Positions 47,386-56,265 of a stretch of 63,950 nt of DNA are shown here, in pieces. Position numbers and translations under genes: made by a program. Origin of the DNA: Bacteroidia bacterium (GTDB taxonomy: Bacteria > Bacteroidota > Bacteroidia > UBA4408); contig JACMRI010000026.1 of assembly GCA_014376525.1 (NCBI GenBank), positions 1 to 63,950 of the forward strand. Direction: 5' to 3'. The notes below the pieces were generated by a model. The model ran no database searches. It was not told where the DNA came from and saw only the letters and a list, made by a program, of their open reading frames with translations. Each line of letters starts with the position of its first letter. The first letter of the stretch is position 1.

Positions 47386-49173
47386 ATGTCTGACTTAAAA
47401 AAAATTGTTCCTATTGCTGATTTCGACTGGAACACAATTGGAAAAAAAGCTGAATTATATTCGGCAGACGAACAAGCTCGCTTAGAAAATTTATTAAGTG
47501 GTTCACTAACACAAGTACAAGAGCGCACAGTTGCCGAAGGTACTGTAGTAGCCCTTACCGACAAGGACGTAGTTGTTAATATCGGTTACAAATCGGACGG
47601 AGTAATTTCTCGTGGAGAATTACGTTACAACGAAGATTTGAAAGTAGGCGATGTAATAGAAGTATATATTGAAAACCAAGAAGATAAATTAGGTCAATTA
47701 GTATTATCTCACAAGCATGCGCGTAGCTTACGCTCATGGGAGCGTGTAACTACTGCATTGGAAACTAACGAAGTGATAAAAGGGTATGTAAAATGCCGAA
47801 CCAAAGGTGGTTTAATAGCTGATGTATTTGGTATTGAAGCATTTTTACCAGGTTCTCAAATTGATGTTAAACCTATCCGCGATTACGACGTATACGTAGG
47901 TAAAACTATGGAGTTCAAAGTGGTGAAAATCAACAACGAATTTAAAAACGTAGTAGTATCGCACAAAGCATTAATTGAAGCAGAAATAGAATTACAAAAA
48001 GCGGAGATTATATCTAAATTAGAAAAAGGACAAGTATTAGAAGGTGTTGTTAAAAACATTACTTCGTACGGTGTATTTATAGATTTAGGTGGAGTGGATG
48101 GTTTAATACACATTACGGACTTATCATGGGGTCGCATAAACCACCCAGAAGAAGTAGTAGCGTTAGACCAAAAAATTAACGTAGTAATACTTGATTTTGA
48201 CGATGCTAAAAAACGTATTGCTTTAGGTTTAAAACAATTAAGCGCACACCCTTGGGATGCACTTGGTGCTGACCTTAAAGTAGGCGACAAAATAAATGGT
48301 AAAGTAGTAGTAATAGCTGATTACGGCGCATTTATAGAAGTTATACCAGGTGTTGAAGGTTTAGTACACGTAAGTGAAATGAGCTGGAGCCAACATTTAC
48401 GTAGCGCACAAGACTTTATGAAAGTAGGCGAAGTAGTAGAGGCACAAGTATTAACACTTGACCGCGAAGAACGTAAAATGAGCCTTGGTGTAAAACAACT
48501 TACACCAGACCCATGGGCTATAGTTGCTGGTAAATATCCAGTAGATTCTCAGCACAAAGGTATTGTACGTAACTTTACTAACTTTGGCGTATTTGTTGAA
48601 TTAGAAGAAGGTATTGATGGTCTTGTTCACATTAGCGATTTATCGTGGAGCAAAAAAATTAAGCATCCAAGTGAGTTTACTAAAGTAGGCGATATATTAG
48701 ATGTAAAAGTATTGGAAATAGACGGCGAAAACCGTAGAATTAGTTTAGGACACAAACAATTAGAAGAAAACCCTTGGGACGTATTTGAAACTGTATTTGC
48801 CTTAGATTCAATACACGAAGGTACTATTATGAGTGCTAACGAAAAAGGTGCTTTGGTTATGATGCCTTATGGTGTTGAAGCATTTGCTCCTAACAAACAT
48901 TTAACTAAAGTAGATGGTACTACTGCAGGTGTAGATGCTACGTTAGAATTTAGAGTAATAGAATTTAGCAAAGAAAGCAAAAAAATAATCGTATCGCACG
49001 CTCGCATACACGAAGAAGCATCAAACGCTGAACGTGTGGAGGAAAAAGAACGTAAAACAACTGAACGCGACGAACAAAAGAAAGCAGTAAAGAAATTAAA
49101 AGACAATGTTGAAAAAACAACATTAGGAGATATTTCAGCACTATCTGACTTACGTAGCAAGATGGAAAATTAA
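47386..49173 (+). CDS. rpsA: 30S ribosomal protein S1
   Basis: 595 aa with six S1 (OB-fold) repeats, e.g. G.VV.G.V..I..YGAF(I/V)....VEGL(V/I)H(I/V)S(D/E)(L/M)SW. Confidence 0.93.
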   Translation: MSDLKKIVPIADFDWNTIGKKAELYSADEQARLENLLSGSLTQVQERTVAEGTVVALTDKDVVVNIGYKSDGVISRGELRYNEDLKVGDVIEVYIENQEDKLGQLVLSHKHARSLRSWERVTTALETNEVIKGYVKCRTKGGLIADVFGIEAFLPGSQIDVKPIRDYDVYVGKTMEFKVVKINNEFKNVVVSHKALIEAEIELQKAEIISKLEKGQVLEGVVKNITSYGVFIDLGGVDGLIHITDLSWGRINHPEEVVALDQKINVVILDFDDAKKRIALGLKQLSAHPWDALGADLKVGDKINGKVVVIADYGAFIEVIPGVEGLVHVSEMSWSQHLRSAQDFMKVGEVVEAQVLTLDREERKMSLGVKQLTPDPWAIVAGKYPVDSQHKGIVRNFTNFGVFVELEEGIDGLVHISDLSWSKKIKHPSEFTKVGDILDVKVLEIDGENRRISLGHKQLEENPWDVFETVFALDSIHEGTIMSANEKGALVMMPYGVEAFAPNKHLTKVDGTTAGVDATLEFRVIEFSKESKKIIVSHARIHEEASNAERVEEKERKTTERDEQKKAVKKLKDNVEKTTLGDISALSDLRSKMEN

Positions 49174-49209
49174 TAATTAGAGGTAAACTCTTATTAAACA
49201 AGTCTTAAC

Positions 49210-49247
49210 AAAGCCCCGCTAACGAAAGTTAGCGGGGCTTTGTTGGT
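49210..49247 (+). terminator. Rho-independent terminator after rpsA
   Basis: aaagccccgctaac gaaa gttagcggggcttt (14-bp stem, GC-rich core) followed by gttggtt. Confidence 0.75.
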
Positions 49248-49411
49248 TAGTATGAAGAACCTTTACTAACAAAACAAACACTCGTTTCACAAACTGTACG
49301 AGGTATAAAGCAGTTACTAATTTTAATATCCTAAACTTTTCAACAACCTCAATTATTTGCATAGTATAGCTTAATTTCACACACCTATTATTTAAGCTAA
49401 CACACCGCACT

Positions 49412-52400
49412 ATGTATTTAATATTTGACACCGAAACCACAGGTTTACCAAGAGATTACAACGCACCCCTAACCGATTTTGATAACTGGCCGCGTATGGT
49501 GCAAATAGCTTGGCAATTGCACGATAAGGACGGTACGGCTATTGAATACAAAAACTATATAGTAAAGCCCGAAGGGTTTACCATACCCTTTAACTCAGAG
49601 CAAATACACGGTATATCTACTGCCAAAGCCCTTGCCGAAGGTTTACCTTTGGTAGAGGTAATGGCAGAGTTTAGCAAGGCTGTTGAACGTGCCAATTATC
49701 TAGCAGGACACAACATTGAGTTTGACTTAAATATATGCGGCGCCGAATATTTGCGTATAGCGCAAAAAAATATCTTAACCGAAAAAAAAGCCATTGATAC
49801 CAAAGACGAATCTACCGATTACTGTGCAATACCAGGTGGTAGAGGTGGTAAATTCAAATGGCCAAAGTTAGAAGAACTACACCGAAAATTATTTAACAAA
49901 GGCTTTAGCGAAGCCCACAACGCCTGTGCCGACGTGGAAGCTACCACACGTTGCTTTTTTGAATTGTGCCGCTTAGGGGTTATTAAACGTGATGATATAG
50001 CCATAACACAAGCGGCTATGTTGCACTTAGACGAGATAGCGCCACTTATACTCAACTCATTAAACAGTAAAGACGATAGCCACGCAACGGTTGTAAACAC
50101 TAACGTTACAGAAACTACGACGCAGAATGTCGTGGTTAAAAACGTACAGTTTTCGCACTTACACAACCACTCGCAATTTTCGGTATTGCAAGCTACCACA
50201 GCCGTAAAAGCCTTAATAGCAAAAGCTGCAGAGTACAACTGCCCTGCCGTGGCGCTTACCGACCAAGGTAATATGTACGGTGCGTTTTTGTTTTGGAAAG
50301 AGATTGATGGGCACAATAAAAAAATAAAAGAATACAATGCAAGCATTGATAGTGGCGCAACACAAGGCGAACCTAAGCACCAATTAAAAGCAATAATTGG
50401 TTGCGAATTAAACGTGTGTAAAGACCGCCACAACAAAAAAGTGCAAGACAATGGCTATACGCAAGTACTATTAGCTAAAAATAAAGAGGGCTATCAAAAC
50501 CTTGCAAAGCTAAGTTCTATAGGGTTTTTGGAGGGTTCGTACTACGTGCCTCGTATTGATAAAGAGTGTTTGGTAAACTATACAACGGGCTTAATAGCCA
50601 CTACAGGTTCATTAACAAGTGAGATACCAAGCCTTATACTTAATGTAGGCGAAACTCAAGCAGAGGAGGCTTTTCAGTGGTATTTGAAATTGTTTGGCGA
50701 TGATTTTTATGTAGAATTAAACCGACATAACTTGCGTGAAGAAGATCACGTAAACACCATACTGATGGGTTTTGCAACAAAGTATAACGTAAAATATTTT
50801 GCAGCCAACAACAATTATTATTTAGATAAAAAAGGCGCAAAAGCCCACGATGTATTGCTGTGTGTAAAAGATGGAGAAAAGGTTAGTACACCTATAGGCA
50901 AGGGGCGCGACTTCCGTTTTGGGTTCGCCAACGACGAGTTTTATTTTAAATCGCCACAAGAAATGTCTACCCTGTTTGTAGATATGCCCGAAGCCATAAG
51001 TACCACACAAGAAATTGTAGATAAAATAGAAACCTACAAATTAGGGCGAGATATATTGTTGCCTAAGTTTAAAATACCCGAAGAGTTTATAGATGAGCGA
51101 GACAATGACCCTAACGATGATGGCAAAGGCATACGTGGCGAAAATGGGTATTTGGCCCACCTTACATGGGTAGGAGCAGCTAAGCGTTACCCCGAAATGA
51201 CCCCTGAAATAAAAGAACGTATTGATTTTGAATTAGCTACCATTATTAAAATGGGCTTCCCTGGTTATTTTCTTATTGTATCAGATTTTACTACCGAAGC
51301 GCGCAGGTTAGGCGTTTCTGTTGGGCCTGGGCGTGGTTCGGCAGCAGGTTCTGCCATTGCGTATTGCTTGGGTATAACCAACGTGGATCCTATTAAGTAC
51401 GATTTGCTCTTTGAGCGTTTTCTTAATCCCGATCGTATTTCTATGCCCGATATTGATATAGATTTTGATGACGAGGGACGTGCTTCGGTAATAGATTATG
51501 TAATAAAAAAATACGGTACTAACCAAGTAGCACAAATAATTACTTATGGTACTATGGGCGGTAAATCGGCTATTAAGGACGCTGCACGTGCATTGGACTT
51601 ACCGTTGGAAGAGGCAAATAAACTCGCCAAACTATTTCCCGAAAATCCCGCAGCATCATTACGAGGATTATTAAAAGTAGGTGGCATTGAGGCTAAATTA
51701 TTAGAGAAATTAAAAGAGCGCAAAGAACATTTAGAACAAGCCGAGGTATTTATAAAAATAGCACAAGGCACTGATGCGCAAGCCGAAACACTTCGCCAAG
51801 CTTTGGAAATAGAGGGGTCGGTACGTAACACAGGTACGCACGCTTGTGGTGTAATTATAACGCCCGACGACATTACCAAATACGTACCTATAGCCAAAGC
51901 CAAAGATTCGGATATGTTGGTTACACAGTTTGACAACTCGGTGGCAGAGTCCGCAGGATTGCTCAAAATGGATTTTTTGGGCTTACGTACACTCACGGTT
52001 ATTAAAGATGCGCTAACGCTCATTAAACAACGTTTTAAAATTGATATAGACATAGACAACATTCCGCTCGATGATCCCAAAACCTACGCAATGCTACAAC
52101 GTGGCGAAACCAACGGTATATTTCAGTTTGAAAGTGCGGGTATGCAAAAATATTTAAAGGAATTAAAACCCGATGCCTTTAGCGATTTAATAGCCATGAA
52201 TGCCTTGTATCGCCCAGGTCCTATTGCTTATATACCAAGTTTTATCAAACGTAAACATGGCAAGGAAGAAGTGGTGTACGACTTACTAGGCATGGACGAA
52301 TATTTAAAGGAAACCCATGGTATTACGGTATATCAGGAGCAGGTAATGCGTTTGTCGCAAAAATTAGCCAACTTTACCAAAGGCGATGCCGACGTGCTGC

Positions 52401-53881
52401 GTAAAGCTATGGGTAAAAAAGATAGACCAATGTTGGATAAACTAAAGCCCCAGTTTTTGGACGGTTGCAAGGCAAATAATCACGACCTTAAAGTGGCAGA
52501 TAAAGTATGGACAGATTGGGAAGCCTTTGCATCGTATGCGTTTAACAAATCGCACAGTACGTGCTATGCGTTTGTGGCGTTTCAAACTGCATATTTAAAA
52601 GCAAATTATCCAGCCGAGTTTATGGCAAGCACACTTAACCACTCGGGTGCGATAGAAAAAATTACGTTTTTTATGGAGGAATGCAAAGCCATAAACATAC
52701 CTGTGTTAGGGCCCGATGTTAATGAATCGCAAGCACGTTTTTCGGTTACACCCAAAGGTGTAATACGCTTTGGATTGGGCGCTATTAAAGGTGTGGGCGA
52801 AAATGCCATACAAGAAATGATAACGCAACGCAATGCCGAAGGTGCTTTTAAATCGCCGTTTGATATTGCTAAACGTACTACAAGCAAAACCGTTACCAAA
52901 AAATCGTACGAGGCACTGGCGTATGGCGGTGCGTTTGATTGTTTTGAAAACATACACCGTGCACAATATTTTAATACTGAAAAAGAGGGTACATCAGCCA
53001 TTGAAAAAATAGTAAAATTTGCCAACAGCAATGCCGAAGATAAAGGCCCAAGTTTGTTTGACGAAGATGTGCAAACACAGCTACCAGAGCCTGTAATAGC
53101 GCCTTGCGAGCCATGGGGTAATTTGGAAAAATTGCGTTACGAAAAAGAAGTAGTAGGTATGTATTTATCGGGCCATCCGTTGGATACATTTAAGTTGGAA
53201 ATGCAAAAATTTTGTAACACACCACTAAACTCACTTAAAGAATTAGACAAACTGCGCAACAAAGAATTAACCTTTGCAGGCATTGTTACCAGTGTAAACC
53301 ATCGCACTACTAAAACAGGCAAACCCTTTGGGATATTGATGATTGAGGACTTTGACAACGCCACCGAAATAGCATTGTTTGGACAAGATTATATGAAGTT
53401 TAAACATTTTTTAATACCCGAAATGTTCTTACACATAAAAGCCAAAGCCGAACCCAAATGGAACACCGAAGACCTTGGCTTGGTAATAACACACATAGAA
53501 TTGTTGGACGATATACGTGATAAACTCGTAAAAAAACTCACGCTACAAGTAAACCTTAATGTGGTGGACGAAGTATTTGTAACCAACCTAAAAGCCGCTT
53601 GCGAAAACCACTTAGGGCAATGTGCGCTTGAGGTAGAAGTGTATGATGAGGAAACAAAAACATACATAAACCTTACGGCATTAAAACTAAAAGTAAACCC
53701 TACCAACGACCTTATGCTAACTATACAACAGTTTGCCACAGGTGTTAATTTTGAAATAAACAAAAGCAAAGGCGATAGTTATTTTGCAGCGCAAGAACGT
53801 GTGCAAGCTGCATTAATTATAAACACTGATACTACAGAGGACGAGTTAGTGTTAGACGATATAGAGGATATGAATGAGTAG
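49412..53881 (+). CDS. dnaE: DNA polymerase III alpha subunit with fused N-terminal DEDDh 3'-5' exonuclease domain
   Basis: Exo motifs FDTETTG, GHNIEFD, HNACADVEAT in aa 1-190. Then PHP FSHLHNHSQFS, GFPGYFLIV, palm PGRGSAAGS..PDIDIDF, LLKMDFLGLR, ALYRPGP, OB-fold tail. 1489 aa. Confidence 0.93.
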   Translation: MYLIFDTETTGLPRDYNAPLTDFDNWPRMVQIAWQLHDKDGTAIEYKNYIVKPEGFTIPFNSEQIHGISTAKALAEGLPLVEVMAEFSKAVERANYLAGHNIEFDLNICGAEYLRIAQKNILTEKKAIDTKDESTDYCAIPGGRGGKFKWPKLEELHRKLFNKGFSEAHNACADVEATTRCFFELCRLGVIKRDDIAITQAAMLHLDEIAPLILNSLNSKDDSHATVVNTNVTETTTQNVVVKNVQFSHLHNHSQFSVLQATTAVKALIAKAAEYNCPAVALTDQGNMYGAFLFWKEIDGHNKKIKEYNASIDSGATQGEPKHQLKAIIGCELNVCKDRHNKKVQDNGYTQVLLAKNKEGYQNLAKLSSIGFLEGSYYVPRIDKECLVNYTTGLIATTGSLTSEIPSLILNVGETQAEEAFQWYLKLFGDDFYVELNRHNLREEDHVNTILMGFATKYNVKYFAANNNYYLDKKGAKAHDVLLCVKDGEKVSTPIGKGRDFRFGFANDEFYFKSPQEMSTLFVDMPEAISTTQEIVDKIETYKLGRDILLPKFKIPEEFIDERDNDPNDDGKGIRGENGYLAHLTWVGAAKRYPEMTPEIKERIDFELATIIKMGFPGYFLIVSDFTTEARRLGVSVGPGRGSAAGSAIAYCLGITNVDPIKYDLLFERFLNPDRISMPDIDIDFDDEGRASVIDYVIKKYGTNQVAQIITYGTMGGKSAIKDAARALDLPLEEANKLAKLFPENPAASLRGLLKVGGIEAKLLEKLKERKEHLEQAEVFIKIAQGTDAQAETLRQALEIEGSVRNTGTHACGVIITPDDITKYVPIAKAKDSDMLVTQFDNSVAESAGLLKMDFLGLRTLTVIKDALTLIKQRFKIDIDIDNIPLDDPKTYAMLQRGETNGIFQFESAGMQKYLKELKPDAFSDLIAMNALYRPGPIAYIPSFIKRKHGKEEVVYDLLGMDEYLKETHGITVYQEQVMRLSQKLANFTKGDADVLRKAMGKKDRPMLDKLKPQFLDGCKANNHDLKVADKVWTDWEAFASYAFNKSHSTCYAFVAFQTAYLKANYPAEFMASTLNHSGAIEKITFFMEECKAINIPVLGPDVNESQARFSVTPKGVIRFGLGAIKGVGENAIQEMITQRNAEGAFKSPFDIAKRTTSKTVTKKSYEALAYGGAFDCFENIHRAQYFNTEKEGTSAIEKIVKFANSNAEDKGPSLFDEDVQTQLPEPVIAPCEPWGNLEKLRYEKEVVGMYLSGHPLDTFKLEMQKFCNTPLNSLKELDKLRNKELTFAGIVTSVNHRTTKTGKPFGILMIEDFDNATEIALFGQDYMKFKHFLIPEMFLHIKAKAEPKWNTEDLGLVITHIELLDDIRDKLVKKLTLQVNLNVVDEVFVTNLKAACENHLGQCALEVEVYDEETKTYINLTALKLKVNPTNDLMLTIQQFATGVNFEINKSKGDSYFAAQERVQAALIINTDTTEDELVLDDIEDMNE

Positions 53882-54090
53882 CAAGGTATGCGGAAACTCG
53901 CAGTGCTTTTTTGCAAACCCTGCCTCTGCAATACCATTATTTACTAGTATTACAGCTCTTATTTAGATTAATTGCAATTAAAAATACGTTTTTGCCAAAA
54001 ATCCCAATTATTATGAACAAAAATTTAACCAAAACCCAAGAACTATTTATAGTTTTTTATTTAACCACAAGTAGAGTTTTGAATACTTAA

Positions 54091-54264
54091 CGAAGTTACC
54101 ACTTCTCTCATTATAACCTTATTATAAAACCTGTGGTGAGCGAAGCCGAACCATTAAAACTGAGTAACAATACGCTGATACTTCGGCTCCGCTCAGTAAC
54201 CAGCTTAACAATTGAAACACCACCACCAACTATTTAAACGTTGGAACACTTACAGCAACAGGGG
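54091..54264 (+). repeat. Structured dispersed repeat, copy L (~174 bp)
   Basis: Head cgaagttaccacttctctcattataaccttattataaaac. Hairpin arms tgagcgaagccgaa (54137-54150) / ttcggctccgctca (54182-54195). Tail ..ccaactatttaaacgttggaacacttacagcaacagggg. Confidence 0.8.
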
Positions 54265-54269
54265 AAATA

Positions 54270-54734
54270 TCATAGTTTATATAAGTCTATTTTTATTGGA
54301 GCTTTGTTTGCAGATGTCTCTAAAATAGGAATGCAAAATTCATTTTCATATACTATCAAATTTCTAATTTTAAAAGAAGGATAATCAACTATTTCTTTAG
54401 TTAAAATTGATTTAGCGTCAAAGGTTGGAGCATAATTCACAATGTATAAATATTTAGTGTTATTCTTCATGCAAATACACTCAACACCTATGTAATCATC
54501 TAATTTTAATTCTAACTCTTTTGTATTTGAATCAATACTTTCTAGTTCTATTTTTAGGGTATTAATATTTTTCATTGTGATTAAATCTGAAAAAATATTT
54601 TCAATCCGTTGAATATTTTTGATTTCAATTTTCCCTTTTAAAAAAACGAGTGTGTTTTTAACATCATTTAATTCATTTTTGGAAGTATCAAACTCTGAAC
54701 TAAAAAAAGATTTCATTAAGTTAAAAAAAGACAT
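54270..54734 (-). CDS. Orphan 154-aa cytoplasmic protein, unknown function, AT-rich, bracketed by inverted repeat copies
   Basis: Uninterrupted ORF with Lys/Asn/Ile/Glu-rich composition. No signal peptide, TM segment or recognised motif. Visibly lower GC than its neighbours. Confidence 0.45.
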   Translation of the reverse strand: MSFFNLMKSFFSSEFDTSKNELNDVKNTLVFLKGKIEIKNIQRIENIFSDLITMKNINTLKIELESIDSNTKELELKLDDYIGVECICMKNNTKYLYIVNYAPTFDAKSILTKEIVDYPSFKIRNLIVYENEFCIPILETSANKAPIKIDLYKL

Positions 54735-54778
54735 CTCCTAATGTTTAAATTTACTTAACATATAGTTCATGCCCTTTT

Positions 54779-54909
54779 CCCCGTTCCCGCAAGTGTTCCA
54801 TAGCTTATTATTAAATTGGTTGGCTTTCGCAAGTGTTAAGTTGGTTACTGAGCGGAGCCGAAGTATCAGCGTCACTTGTGAGTATATATAGTAGAAGTTT
54901 ACAACTTCG
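54779..54909 (-). repeat. Structured dispersed repeat, copy M (inverted relative to L and R; alternative head module)
   Basis: The reverse complement reads cgaagttgtaaacttctactatatatactcacaagtgacgctgatacttcggctccgctcagtaaccaacttaacacttgcg...atggaacacttgcgggaacgggg. By eye the tail is roughly 75-85% identical to L and R. Confidence 0.8.
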
Positions 54910-55032
54910 TTAGACTTTATTACCATTACTTTTTTTTTAAAACAAAGTTATAACTCTTTCTCATTGTTAGACTATTTAAAAATTAGCATTGTGTATTTTT
55001 TTAAAACAGTATCGCTTTTTGTGTTGTATTTA

Positions 55033-55309
55033 CGAAGTTGCCACTTCTCTCATTATAACCTTATTATAAAACATGTGGTGAGCGAAGCCGAACCATTAAA
55101 CCTATAATAAACTTCTACCATATACACTCACAACCGGGGCTTTTCTGCCGAGCTCACGAAACCAAAGTTTAAAACTTGTGGTTAGCGAAGCCGAACCATT
55201 AAAACTGAGTAAAAATACGTTGATACTTTGGTTCCGCTCAGTAACCAGCTTAACACTCGCAAGAACTCTACCAACTATTTAACCATTGGAACACTTGCAG
55301 CAGCAGGGG
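55033..55309 (+). repeat. Structured dispersed repeat, copy R (composite; contains both head modules and a duplicated arm)
   Basis: Same head as L (cgaagttgccacttctctcattataaccttattataaaac), arm gagcgaagccgaac at 55080-55093 and again at 55184-55196, ~90-bp insert matching the M-type head, tail ..ccaactatttaaccattggaacacttgcagcagcagggg. Confidence 0.8.
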
Positions 55310-55347
55310 TATAAATCGAAACGAAAAGTATTAAATTAAGGCTGGAA

Positions 55348-55385
55348 CAAAAAAAAGTGTAGAAAAAATCATTTTTCTACACTTT
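55348..55385 (-). terminator. Rho-independent terminator after tRNA-Phe
   Basis: agtgtagaaaaa / tttttctacact hairpin. The A-run at 55348-55356 on plus gives a U-tract on the minus strand. Confidence 0.75.
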
Positions 55386-55392
55386 TGTCTTG

Positions 55393-55465
55393 TGGTGCCT
55401 CCAGGAATCGAACCAGGGACACAAGGATTTTCAATCCTTTGCTCTACCAACTGAGCTAAGGCACC
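55393..55465 (-). tRNA. tRNA-Phe (anticodon GAA)
   Basis: GGTGCCTTAGCTCAGTTGGTAGAGCAAAGGATTGAAAATCCTTGTGTCCCTGGTTCGATTCCTGGAGGCACCA. Canonical cloverleaf with anticodon loop TTGAAAA. Terminator hairpin follows. Confidence 0.9.
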
Positions 55466-55539
55466 TTACCTTTTGTTTTATTTGGTGGTGCAAATGTATA
55501 ATTATTTTGTAATTTCAAAAAATATTTAATGCTTATTTA

Positions 55540-56265
55540 ATGAATTTAATTTTTGATGTAGGTAATACCCTTATTAAAGTAGCTGTTTTTGAGCAAAAAC
55601 AATGCTTTAAGCACACCGCGTACAATAGTTTGCAAGATTGGATTAAGGACGATTGGTTGCAACACTATACCATTTCGCACGTTATGGTAAGTTCAGTAAC
55701 CCAAAACCAAGATGAAATTATTAATTACTTAACTCAATTAAACCTACCCACACTTTTATTTACCAGTGCTTTAATATCGCCCATTACCAATTTATATCAA
55801 ACAAAAAACACATTGGGTAGCGATAGATTAGCGGCGGCGGTGGGCGGGTACACCCATTATCCTAACCAAAACGTACTTACTATAGATGCGGGTACGTGTA
55901 TTAAATATAATATTACAACAGCTAACAACCAATATTTGGGCGGTGCTATAAGCCCAGGTATGCGCCTGCGCTACCAAGCTATGCACGATTATACTGCTAA
56001 ACTGCCGCTGCTTAGTGTTGATACCAATTATAATGAAATGTTGGGTACTAACACTGCAGCATCTATTACTACTGGTGCACAGCTTGGCGCAGTAGCCGAA
56101 ATAGATGGGTTTATAGACTATTATAAAACACAGTATGCTAACCTAAAAATAATACTTACTGGGGGCGACAGTTCTTATTTTGAAAACCGCTTAAAAAATA
56201 AGATATTCGCAGATGAATTGCTTTTACTAAGAGGGCTTAATTATATATTAAATTTAAACTCGTGA
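55540..56265 (+). CDS. coaX: Type III pantothenate kinase
   Basis: MNLIFDVGNTLIKVAVFE, TLGSDRLAAAVG, TIDAGTCIKY, GGAISPG, IILTGGD are CoaX motifs. Confidence 0.88.
   Translation: MNLIFDVGNTLIKVAVFEQKQCFKHTAYNSLQDWIKDDWLQHYTISHVMVSSVTQNQDEIINYLTQLNLPTLLFTSALISPITNLYQTKNTLGSDRLAAAVGGYTHYPNQNVLTIDAGTCIKYNITTANNQYLGGAISPGMRLRYQAMHDYTAKLPLLSVDTNYNEMLGTNTAASITTGAQLGAVAEIDGFIDYYKTQYANLKIILTGGDSSYFENRLKNKIFADELLLLRGLNYILNLNS

Noticed and set aside
47301-47564. 87-aa minus-strand ORF overlapping the rpsA start
   Set aside because: It is antisense to the rpsA 5' end and leader and has no motif. The rpsA frame is unambiguous.
49819-53769. Minus-strand ORFs of 126-210 aa inside dnaE (49819-50451, 51544-52080, 52606-53031, 53389-53769)
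   Set aside because: They are antisense to a continuous 1489-aa DnaE frame with all canonical motifs. Composition is Ser/Cys/Leu-rich and non-protein-like.
54138-54156. Repeat arm GAGCGAAGCCGAACCA as a duplicated tRNA-Phe 3' end (att site)
   Set aside because: It shares only CGAACCA with the tRNA-Phe T-arm region (GAATCGAACCAGG). No extended identity, so no support for an att duplication.
54241-54264. Sigma-54-type promoter in the repeat tails (TTGGAACACTTGCA)
   Set aside because: GG and GC elements are separated by 7 nt instead of the 10 nt required by the TGGCAC-N5-TTGC consensus.
54738-54926. 62-aa minus-strand ORF upstream of the orphan gene
   Set aside because: It is made almost entirely of repeat copy M (it translates the REP core as LRLRSVTNL), so it is an artefact of the repeat.
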